Below, in pieces: positions 1 through 7,491 of a stretch of 14,140 nt of DNA. Made by a program: the position numbers and the translations under genes. The stretch covers positions 1 through 14,140 of the forward strand of contig JAZDNV010000020.1 in assembly GCA_043799385.1 (NCBI GenBank), in the 5' to 3' direction. The DNA is from Candidatus Aenigmatarchaeota archaeon. Lineage in GTDB: Archaea > Aenigmatarchaeota > Aenigmatarchaeia > GW2011-AR5. Under the pieces are notes generated by a model, which did not search any database, was not told the DNA's origin, and saw only the letters and a program-made list of their open reading frames with translations. Position 1 is the first letter of the stretch. Each line of letters opens with the position of its first letter.

Positions 1-2
1 GC

Positions 3-575
3 TCATAGCCATCCTATCTTGACATTTCCTTTTTTTATCGCTTCTAATATTTTTTTGTCCTTTGATATCGTAAACGCAGTGCCAACGGCTTCGAGAAAGT
101 GCGCGTCGCTACCTGCGACTCCAGCGATGCCGAATCTATTCGCGAATTCCATTGCCTGTATGTTGTACTCGAGCGGCGTGAAGGCGTTGAATATCTCGAT
201 TGCGTCAATTTTTTTTAGTGCTTCCTTCGAATTAATCAGGCTGTCATGCGTCAAACCGATGAACGGGTGAGCAAGGATTGCAATACCGCCGGCAGAATGA
301 ATTTTATCGATTATCTCCAGCGGCGAGCCATGAAAAACTTCGCTAACGTTCAAAGCGAGAATATCGCCCGCGTGCGTTGTTATCTCCACGCCGGGCACGA
401 GCATTATCTTCACTTCCTTTGCGATTTTCTCAGCCTCTTTCAATCCTTTGACAGAATCATGGTCAGTAACCGCTATTCCGTCAAGGCCGATGGCTTTGGC
501 GTACCTGACGATTTCCTCAGGCGTATTTATCCCGTCCGAGTATCTAGAGTGCGTGTGCAAATCAAATTTCTTCAT
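3..575 (-). CDS. PHP-domain metal-dependent phosphoesterase
   Basis: 190 aa with PHP motifs DLHTHS, TDHD, GVEIT, AHP, EIFNA and GSDAH. Starts 3 nt after the carS stop. Its TGA overlaps an ATG (ATGA, 6..3), so the operon may continue beyond the window. Confidence 0.9.
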   Translation of the reverse strand: MKKFDLHTHSRYSDGINTPEEIVRYAKAIGLDGIAVTDHDSVKGLKEAEKIAKEVKIMLVPGVEITTHAGDILALNVSEVFHGSPLEIIDKIHSAGGIAILAHPFIGLTHDSLINSKEALKKIDAIEIFNAFTPLEYNIQAMEFANRFGIAGVAGSDAHFLEAVGTAFTISKDKKILEAIKKGNVKIGWL

Positions 576-578
576 TCG

Positions 579-1103
579 TTACCACGGCGTTTTCTTGACC
601 TTTATTGAATACCCTATAACATTCGCAATCCAGTGTATCGGCGGGGTCAGGACAATCAGGACAAGGATTACATAGAAGCCTATCGCCGTTGCAAACGACG
701 CGAACAGAAGCGCGAAAATCAGGAAATCCAGCTGGTCAATCAAAATAAATGAATTGCCCCTTGGTATGCCAAACCTTCTTTTTATGAACGAACCGGCAAT
801 GTCGCCAAATATCGTGCCGAAGCTCAATAGAAAGGCCAAAGGCAATGTCATTGTTGCAAGTCCGAATTCTTTCGGTATGTAAGTTTGTGAGAGAATCTGC
901 GCACTGCCTATGAGCATGCCGAAAATGATTCCGGCAACCGAACCCTCAATCGTCTTGCCGTCGCCAAGTATCCTGTGCTTCCTCAAATTCATCTTGAGAT
1001 CGATGGGAATCCTTCCTTTTATCAGCGGCGGAAAAGCGTTTGCCGCATAAGCAGGCGCGATCAGCCAGAATGCCTGAGCAAGTATAAACGTAACATCTAA
1101 CAT
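579..1103 (-). CDS. carS: CDP-archaeol synthase (CDP-2,3-bis-O-geranylgeranyl-sn-glycerol synthase)
   Basis: 174 aa multi-TM protein with CarS signatures PAYAANAFP, PID, LGDGKTIEG, GDIAGSFIKRR, DQLDF and a C-terminal K..PW. Confidence 0.92.
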   Translation of the reverse strand: MLDVTFILAQAFWLIAPAYAANAFPPLIKGRIPIDLKMNLRKHRILGDGKTIEGSVAGIIFGMLIGSAQILSQTYIPKEFGLATMTLPLAFLLSFGTIFGDIAGSFIKRRFGIPRGNSFILIDQLDFLIFALLFASFATAIGFYVILVLIVLTPPIHWIANVIGYSIKVKKTPW

Positions 1104-1183
1104 ACTATTTAATTAATACGATAATTAAAAAAGTTTTGGTAGGTTCAATATAAGTTTTTTATATGGGGAATCAATATAATCTT
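1104..1183. promoter_or_regulatory. Divergent AT-rich promoter region (carS / lipoprotein operon)
   Basis: TTTTTATA at 1156-1163 lies about 25 nt upstream of ATG 1184. TCAATATAA is directly repeated at 1145-1153 and 1171-1179, flanking that box. Confidence 0.5.
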
Positions 1184-2095
1184 ATGAAATACACTGCGAT
1201 TACATTGTTGATTCTTCTAGTTTTTGCAGCAGGGTGCATCGACGGCATAAATTTCGGCGCAGACGTCATCAAGGTAAACAAGGATGAGAAGAAGGAAGTC
1301 ACGAATGTCATCGAAATAAAAGACAAAATACTGATTCCGGATTCGCCGCTGCCGCCTAATGCGCAGGCAACGCTATCCTTTTTGTTAGAGAACAAGGACA
1401 AGCTTGTCGAGGCCAGAAACGTTCGCGTAAGCGTTTTCGACCCATCGGTATTCACGGTTGCAGGGCCGGATGAATGCGGCTATGGATGCACGATTCTGCC
1501 AGGCGAAAACAAGCCGGTTTCGTTCGGCGTCAGGGCGCCTTCGCATGACAAGATTGCCGGACTCATAACGGATTTATACCTGAATTACATGGTCGAGTAC
1601 GACTTCACCAGCAGGACGAACTACGATACGGTAATCGTGACTGTAGACGAGATAAAGATGAGGCAGCGGGCAGGGGAAGCCAACAACATAAAAGGCCAGG
1701 ACATATTCGGACCAGGACCGATAAAAATCTATGTTGAGACGGATATGCCTTACGTTGTGTCCGGCATGGATTATGAGCCGCGATTCACGTTCACGCTCAA
1801 GAATGAGGGCAGCGGAGCGCCAAAAGACTCGACCGTCAAGGGCATGACAGTAGTATTTCCCAGCGAACTCGTGAATCCGAGGCCGGCTTCTGATGATTAC
1901 TTCAGCTGCTCTGGAAACGTGTGCAAATCAAAAAAAGCGATAACGTTATACAAGGGCAAGTCGCTTCCTATATTATTCACGGCTGGCGTTGGTAAAATAG
2001 GCGGGCCTTACAAGAGCGCGATGATACAGGCAACGGCAAGCTATACCTATGAGCTTAGGGATTCAATACCGATAAAGGTAAAGCCGCTGAGTTGA
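1184..2095 (+). CDS. Secreted/lipid-anchored Ig-like surface protein (paralog 1 of 3)
   Basis: The ORF track starts at 1163, but ATG 1184 gives a clean signal peptide MKYTAITLLILLVFAAG-C18 (lipobox) at suitable TATA distance. Beta-rich, with motifs shared with the next two ORFs. Confidence 0.75.
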   Translation: MKYTAITLLILLVFAAGCIDGINFGADVIKVNKDEKKEVTNVIEIKDKILIPDSPLPPNAQATLSFLLENKDKLVEARNVRVSVFDPSVFTVAGPDECGYGCTILPGENKPVSFGVRAPSHDKIAGLITDLYLNYMVEYDFTSRTNYDTVIVTVDEIKMRQRAGEANNIKGQDIFGPGPIKIYVETDMPYVVSGMDYEPRFTFTLKNEGSGAPKDSTVKGMTVVFPSELVNPRPASDDYFSCSGNVCKSKKAITLYKGKSLPILFTAGVGKIGGPYKSAMIQATASYTYELRDSIPIKVKPLS

Positions 2096-2099
2096 TAAA

Positions 2100-2879
2100 A
2101 TGAGATACCTTGCATTACTGATTCTTGCTGTTCTGGTAGCAGGCTGCACTCAAAAGGCAGCCGATGGCGAATTAATCATAAAGATAACTGACGTGAATCC
2201 TGAAAAGATATTCACTGGAGGAAAGACGATTGTGACGATGGACGTAGAAAATAACGGTAATCGCACGATAAGGAATGTCTTCATAGATTTCTTTGAAACT
2301 GGCTTTCTCATGAAAGGGGTCTGCAGCAAAAATATAGCAGAGCTTAGTCCAGGCGGTTATGATACTCTTTCATGCGAGCTGACTGCTCCGTTTGCAATAC
2401 CATCGGATAAAATCATCAACACGGTCGAGGCAAGAGCACGGTATCAGGCAAGGCTGTCTATGGCAAAACCTATAACCATGGTTTCGCGCGAGGAATACGA
2501 TTTGCAAAGCAAGACGGGCAAATTAAAATTAGAACCCAGAACGTATTCGTTCAAGGACGACAATATAGAACTGCAGGTTGAGTTCAGCAAAGAGCTGCCT
2601 TTGGTGGAGGGCAGAAAGGAATACGCCTACTTTACTGTCATAAACATAGGCTCTGGCTTCATTAACAGCATAAGGCCTAACGACATGATAATAGAAAGCA
2701 ATATAATCAGCTGCCCGCCACGGGTAGCAATCTCTCCGATTGGAAAGACGTTTCCGAGAATCGCGTGCGAAATTTTTGTGCCAGAGAACATTAATTATTT
2801 AAGCGAGGATATGTTAATAATAAACATAAACTACAACTATGAGGTCAGGGACAAGACCGACGTTGAGGTAATCAGGTGA
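2100..2879 (+). CDS. Secreted/lipid-anchored Ig-like surface protein (paralog 2 of 3)
   Basis: MRYLALLILAVLVAG-C16 lipobox; motifs DVENNG..IRNV, FTVINIGSG and ININYNYEVRD. Starts 4 nt after the upstream stop. Confidence 0.75.
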   Translation: MRYLALLILAVLVAGCTQKAADGELIIKITDVNPEKIFTGGKTIVTMDVENNGNRTIRNVFIDFFETGFLMKGVCSKNIAELSPGGYDTLSCELTAPFAIPSDKIINTVEARARYQARLSMAKPITMVSREEYDLQSKTGKLKLEPRTYSFKDDNIELQVEFSKELPLVEGRKEYAYFTVINIGSGFINSIRPNDMIIESNIISCPPRVAISPIGKTFPRIACEIFVPENINYLSEDMLIININYNYEVRDKTDVEVIR

Positions 2880-2883
2880 ACAG

Positions 2884-4308
2884 ATGAACAACCGTCTCTT
2901 ATTTTCAATGCTTATTCTTGTCGTTTTTGCATCCGGTTGCATTCAGACGCAGCCGGTAAAGGTTGACGCGAACAACGGGATAAAGATAGAGACGTTCGCA
3001 GCTGACCCTGTCGATGTTTATGACAAGAGCACTGTATCATTCACAGCAGACATAGAGAATGTCGGCGGCAACACTGCTTACAATGTCGAGACAGAGCTAA
3101 CCGGAATGGATGTATGGGGGCCGGGATATAAGAAATTCTCTACTGTATCAAAGATGAGCCCGCCTAAACCAGACGAGAGCATACCAGGCGACATCAAAAC
3201 CTACATGTGGGAGATCGATGCGCCTGACCTGAGCGAAGGAGATTTTGTTTCATTTCCTGTGAAGGCGAGAGTGACTTATGATTACGAAACCGGCAATACG
3301 ATAGCAATCAAGGCGATTAGTTATGATAGGTACAGCATAATGCAGAAAAAAGGAGAGACAGTCGAGAATCCTGTAAGCATGCGTGACGATTTCAGCGGCC
3401 CGATAAAAATAAAGCTTGCCAAGGGCGCAACGCCGCTGATAATCGACCCGTCAGAGGCAGAAGGAAAAATCGAGCGAGTTTACAAGCTTGAAGTGCAGAA
3501 CGTAGGCGACGGTTGGCCAATAACTGACAATGTCGTCGGCCGCGTGACCGGCTCGATAGAATTATTTGGACCAGGAATAACGCTGAAAGAATGCACGGGA
3601 ATTACAGGAAGCATGAGCAACTTCTACGTGATACTGAGAAGCAACGGAATAGCGCCAATCGCATGCACGGTTGAAATCGACCCGATAAGATGGCAGACAA
3701 AAACAGAAGACGTTTTCCGCTTCAAGGCGAAATTCAGCTTCAGGTATTATGTTGAAAAAGAAGTTTCTGTTACCGTCCGCGGAACAGAGAAGATAAAGAG
3801 GATAAGCGCTCCGGCGCCAACGGATAGAAAGCAACCGATAACATACATAGTGTCGCCATCGGAAGGTTCGCTGTGGAATACTGATTTCTCGGTGAGCGTT
3901 TCGGATTATGATATGGATTCAGGGCTTGCAACGTGCGAATACATGGTCGTCAGCCGCGGCATCGAAACGACACAATGGGCAACAAGGCCGTGCTCTTCAT
4001 CGATAACGCTCACTGTCGGCTGCAACCAGAACTGCAGAGATCCAGGAAGCAACACAGTCTTATTATATGTGAGGTCAAGAGACCGCGCAGGAAACGTTGC
4101 AAGCGATTCGAGGAGCTTCAGCATTGACCGCAACTGCAACCAGTGCCCGACAGGTTGCGGAACAACGTGTCCTACAGGATGCGGAACGACATGCCCGACT
4201 GGCTGCGGTAGCAGTTGCCCGAGTGGTTGCGGTACGACATGTCCTAGTGGCTGCGGAACGAATTGTCCTACTGGCTGCGGTAGCTGTAATTACTGGACTG
4301 GTTGCTAA
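2884..4308 (+). CDS. Secreted/lipid-anchored Ig-like surface protein (paralog 3 of 3) with an extra Ig-like domain and Cys-rich repeat tail
   Basis: Lipobox FASG-C19, with a GGTGA SD overlapping the previous stop. The shared two-domain core is followed by PITYIVSPSEG...YVRSRDRAGN (bacterial Ig-like pattern) and then CPTGCGTT repeats. Confidence 0.78.
   Translation: MNNRLLFSMLILVVFASGCIQTQPVKVDANNGIKIETFAADPVDVYDKSTVSFTADIENVGGNTAYNVETELTGMDVWGPGYKKFSTVSKMSPPKPDESIPGDIKTYMWEIDAPDLSEGDFVSFPVKARVTYDYETGNTIAIKAISYDRYSIMQKKGETVENPVSMRDDFSGPIKIKLAKGATPLIIDPSEAEGKIERVYKLEVQNVGDGWPITDNVVGRVTGSIELFGPGITLKECTGITGSMSNFYVILRSNGIAPIACTVEIDPIRWQTKTEDVFRFKAKFSFRYYVEKEVSVTVRGTEKIKRISAPAPTDRKQPITYIVSPSEGSLWNTDFSVSVSDYDMDSGLATCEYMVVSRGIETTQWATRPCSSSITLTVGCNQNCRDPGSNTVLLYVRSRDRAGNVASDSRSFSIDRNCNQCPTGCGTTCPTGCGTTCPTGCGSSCPSGCGTTCPSGCGTNCPTGCGSCNYWTGC
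4144..4284 (+). repeat. In-frame 24-bp tandem repeat, about 6 copies, encoding CP[T/S]GCG[T/S][T/S/N]
   Basis: Units start at 4144, 4168, 4192, 4216, 4240 and 4264 (the last is 21 bp). Differences are mostly synonymous third-position changes. Confidence 0.95.
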
Positions 4309-5531
4309 AGAAATTTCTTCAGATTGAATTTATTCTCATCGTACGTTTTCTTTGGCATCTCGCTATCGATAATCTTACCGTAAACGCCGTCGTAGCCGGG
4401 CTCCACTCTGATTCCGCCAGAACGGTTCTTTACCACCATTTCAGCAACGCGCTCATTGACATCCTTCAGCCGCTCTTTTTCCACATTAAGAAGAATGTGG
4501 AACTCGTTGCCGAAACGGGCAATAAACTTGTCATAGACTTCGTTTGCTTTCTTCGAGAAGGCTTCGCCGCCGACAACGAATGCAATAAGCTCGCTCAGCG
4601 GCAATAACGATTTGAATTCATCGGGTTTTGATTCTTTTCTGTCCGCTAATTCTTCAACGCGGTTCAGCACGCCTATTATTAATTTCTTGCCGCACACAGG
4701 GCACATGCCATTCAATTTCTTCGTCTCTTCGGGTGCGCAGGAGAAATTGCAGTCGCGATGCCCGTCGTAATGATATTTTCCGTATGATGGGTCGACCTCT
4801 ATCGTAAATAAAAAATCGCGTCTCGTCTTTATCGAATCGACGAGATGCGAATAATCGACTTTCTTCAGGTCGAATACATTCGCCTCGCGGCCGAGCCGCC
4901 AAGGATAGGGCGAGTGCGAGTCGCTGTTCGATACGAGCGTAAAGCGGTCTAATCCGCTCAGCATACGATTCATTGGCGGGTCGCTGCTTAACCCAGTTTC
5001 GAGCGCGTAGATATTCTTCGTATGCTCTGCAAAGCATTCGTCAATCGAGTCGAAGCCGCTCATCGAGCCGAACAAAGAGAACCAGGGCGTCCATACGTGC
5101 GCAGGTATGACCATTATCTCTTTTGATATTGACATAAATGCATCCATCATTTCTATGCATGAAAAGCCAAAAATCGGACGGCCGTCATAATCAGTCCGCC
5201 CCTTCTTGAGCAGGAACTCGTTTATCTGATCGACTACTTCAAAAGTCGGTGCGAGAAGCACGTTATGAACGCGCCTGCCGACGCCGTCCTGCCGATAAAT
5301 CAGCGAGATTTCGCCAGACGGAACGAAGCGAACGCCCTCGTATTCATAAATGCCATCAACAAAAGCAAGTTTTTTCCTTATCTCTTTGAGCCACAAAGGA
5401 TGCGTGAAATCGCCAGTGCCTAGGATATTCAATCCTTTAATCTTCGCATACTTGGCGAGCTCTTCTATAATCATGTTCGGCGATGTCGCTCGCGAATATT
5501 TGCTGTGTATGTGCAGGTCTGCGAATTGCAT
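4305..5531 (-). CDS. Endonuclease Q-family protein (PHP domain + Zn ribbon)
   Basis: 408 aa with ADLHIHSKYSRATS, GTGDFTHP, GEIS, RVH, PAHVWTPW, ETGLSSD, SNSDSHS, RLGREAN, GKYHYDGHRDC...CPVCG, GVLNRVEELAD and PGYDGVYG. Its stop overlaps the convergent lipoprotein stop (CTAA 4305-4308). Confidence 0.88.
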   Translation of the reverse strand: MQFADLHIHSKYSRATSPNMIIEELAKYAKIKGLNILGTGDFTHPLWLKEIRKKLAFVDGIYEYEGVRFVPSGEISLIYRQDGVGRRVHNVLLAPTFEVVDQINEFLLKKGRTDYDGRPIFGFSCIEMMDAFMSISKEIMVIPAHVWTPWFSLFGSMSGFDSIDECFAEHTKNIYALETGLSSDPPMNRMLSGLDRFTLVSNSDSHSPYPWRLGREANVFDLKKVDYSHLVDSIKTRRDFLFTIEVDPSYGKYHYDGHRDCNFSCAPEETKKLNGMCPVCGKKLIIGVLNRVEELADRKESKPDEFKSLLPLSELIAFVVGGEAFSKKANEVYDKFIARFGNEFHILLNVEKERLKDVNERVAEMVVKNRSGGIRVEPGYDGVYGKIIDSEMPKKTYDENKFNLKKFL

Positions 5532-5581
5532 AATACCCGCTACTTTAAAAACTATAAAAAGTTTCTAAGCATTGCGATAGT
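5532..5581. promoter_or_regulatory. Compact bidirectional promoter between the endoQ-like and mtrA-like genes
   Basis: 50-bp spacer containing TTTAAAA and TATAAAAA (5553-5560). The latter lies about 22-29 nt from both start codons, consistent with leaderless archaeal transcripts. Confidence 0.5.
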
Positions 5582-6364
5582 ATGAACCTCGACGAATGGC
5601 CAATTGAGGCAGGACGATACAAAGTCGGTAACAAGCAATCCTGCATCGCTGTCTGCACGCTATCATCGCTGGATATAGAATTGCCGATGGATAATATAGC
5701 AATTGTAGGTAAGTGCGTCACCGAGAACGTCGGAATGGAGAAGATGATAAAGAACATAATATCTAACCCGCACATACGCTATCTCGTCATCTGCGGCCAG
5801 GAACCGAAGGGCCATTACGTCGGCCAGGCATTCAAGTGCCTAATAGAAAACGGTTTAGATAGCGGCAGACGTATAATCGGCGCAAAGGGCGCGATGCCAT
5901 TGATCAAGAACGTCAGTGATGAGCAGCTAGAGCATTTCAAGCGGCAGATCGAAATAATTGATGTCATTGAAGAAGAGGACAGGCAGAAAATAATGGACAA
6001 GATTAATTCTTTAGAAAAGTGCGATGCATTCGTTGAACGCGCAGACGCGAGCAACGTTGAAACACTAGTTGCTAACTACAATGCCGGACATGACGCGACT
6101 GCGGATAAAGGAATGGATGACTGCTTCTTTACAATACTCATCGACAGGGAAAAGCATTATATAATAGCGGAATACTACCTGAACCGCAAATTAGAAAAAA
6201 AGATAATCGGCAGAAACGCTGAAGAAATCATAGGCACTATAGCACGGCTTCGCCTAGTAAAGGGATTATATCATATGGGCTATCTCGGCAAGGAATTGAA
6301 GAAGGCAGAAATCGCCCTCCGTCTGGGCATCGACTACGAGCAGGACAAGGTGCTCGAATTCTAA
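5582..6364 (+). CDS. Soluble MtrA-like (corrinoid-binding) domain fused to a C-terminal DUF4346-like domain
   Basis: The N-terminus matches the MtrA pattern WP...G.Y.VGN..S.IAVCTL, TENVGMEK..KNIISNPHIRYL..CG.E..GHYVGQ (His78) and IIGAKGAMP. There is no C-terminal TM anchor. The C-terminus F.I.ID...HMGYLGKELKKAEIAL..GIDYEQD matches my recollection of DUF4346. Confidence 0.82.
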   Translation: MNLDEWPIEAGRYKVGNKQSCIAVCTLSSLDIELPMDNIAIVGKCVTENVGMEKMIKNIISNPHIRYLVICGQEPKGHYVGQAFKCLIENGLDSGRRIIGAKGAMPLIKNVSDEQLEHFKRQIEIIDVIEEEDRQKIMDKINSLEKCDAFVERADASNVETLVANYNAGHDATADKGMDDCFFTILIDREKHYIIAEYYLNRKLEKKIIGRNAEEIIGTIARLRLVKGLYHMGYLGKELKKAEIALRLGIDYEQDKVLEF

Positions 6365-6414
6365 CATTTAAAGGTTTCTTGTGAATTAAAATAAAAAAAC
6401 GAGAAAGTGATAAC

Positions 6415-7224
6415 ATGGAATTCTTGGCAGGCGCGGGCAATTACGGTCCAATAGTAATCAATGCAGAAACGCTCGGTGAAGCGTGGGAGCACGCGGTCAT
6501 AGCGATAATGACAGGCGGCGTCAAGAAATTCGTCGACGCGCCGGATTACAAGACGAATACCATAGAAAGCCAGATGTTTCTCTACATCAAAAACCCGTTC
6601 GCAGAGCCGCGCATTCATCCGTCTGTTGCGCTGCCGCTAGAGCAGGCACAGGAATACGCGAACAACGTTATTTACGGCATGCCAATCGAGAAGGAAAACA
6701 AGCATGATTATACTTATTTCTCGCGATTGCGACGCCATCGCGAGTGCCCAGTCATCGTCGACCTGCCGAATATCGTCGAAGGAGCAGAGCTGAAGAAGGC
6801 GGCGAATGAAATCTGCAACGGTCAGTGCAAGGTCGAACTTTTAGACCAGGTCCAGAAAGTAATCGACACGCTGAAAGACGACCCGTCAAGGCGCAGCTGC
6901 GTGATGCACACATGGTATCCACTGCGCGACCTAGAAAAGTTCGGCCCAAGAGCAAAAACGTCTTCGCCTTGCTTAGTCACGATGCAGCCGCAGATAATTG
7001 ATGGTCGCTTACATATGATCGCAACGATGAAAACTAATGACCTCTATTCCGCCTGGCCGCTAAACGCATTCGCATTCACCGAGCTGCAGAAGTATATTGC
7101 CAAAGAAGTGGGCGTAGAGACTGGCTCTTACACGCACTTCTCAGTATCGATGCAGATATACGAGGAGATGTTCGAGATGGCGCAAGAGCTCGTGGATAAT
7201 CCAATTTTAACAAAGGGTGAATAG
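6415..7224 (+). CDS. thyA: Thymidylate synthase (archaeal ThyA-like, atypical residues)
   Basis: Motifs TLGEAWE, YTYFSRLR, DQ..VI..LKDDPSRR, catalytic PC (6967-6972), KTND...PLN and GSYTHFSVSMQIY. Confidence 0.82.
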   Translation: MEFLAGAGNYGPIVINAETLGEAWEHAVIAIMTGGVKKFVDAPDYKTNTIESQMFLYIKNPFAEPRIHPSVALPLEQAQEYANNVIYGMPIEKENKHDYTYFSRLRRHRECPVIVDLPNIVEGAELKKAANEICNGQCKVELLDQVQKVIDTLKDDPSRRSCVMHTWYPLRDLEKFGPRAKTSSPCLVTMQPQIIDGRLHMIATMKTNDLYSAWPLNAFAFTELQKYIAKEVGVETGSYTHFSVSMQIYEEMFEMAQELVDNPILTKGE

Positions 7225-7491
7225 ATGCTGATAGATGAGTTGCTGATGTCTGTGGGTGCAATAATAATTGTTGTCTCATGGTTTCCTCAGATTATAAAAT
7301 TGTGGAAAACAAAAAGCTCAAGAGATATATCGATACCATTCCTTGTGACAATAATCGCCGGAACGATAATGGTCATACCCCATTCAATAATCATAAATGA
7401 CATATACTTCTCGCTGATGAACATATCTGCTACAACTGCAGCAATAGTAGCATTAATTTTAGCAATCAAATACAGGAAGGTGAAAAAATGA
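7225..7491 (+). CDS. SemiSWEET / PQ-loop family small membrane transporter
   Basis: 88 aa with three hydrophobic segments, FPQIIKLWKTKSSRDIS and Asn66. GGGTGA SD upstream; abuts the thyA stop and overlaps the dcd start (ATGA). Confidence 0.85.
   Translation: MLIDELLMSVGAIIIVVSWFPQIIKLWKTKSSRDISIPFLVTIIAGTIMVIPHSIIINDIYFSLMNISATTAAIVALILAIKYRKVKK

Noticed and set aside
1163..1183. ORF-track start at ATG 1163
   Set aside because: It overlaps the TATA-like box, whereas ATG 1184 gives a canonical signal peptide matching the paralogs.
4144..4284. 24-bp periodic repeats as a possible CRISPR array
   Set aside because: There are no unique spacers, the repeats are in-frame within a CDS and vary at synonymous positions, and no cas genes are present.
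4305..5531. UvrD helicase, a frequent label for this family
   Set aside because: No Walker A/B or helicase motifs; only the PHP, Zn-ribbon and C-terminal helical parts are present.
5582..6364. mtrA as evidence of methanogenesis
   Set aside because: No other mtr or mcr genes are in the window, there is no membrane anchor, and the domain is fused to a DUF4346-like region in a nucleotide-metabolism context.
6415..7224. Phage-type dCMP hydroxymethylase (DNA hypermodification)
   Set aside because: The specificity residue is Asn (PLN), as in dUMP enzymes, not Asp, and there is no viral context.
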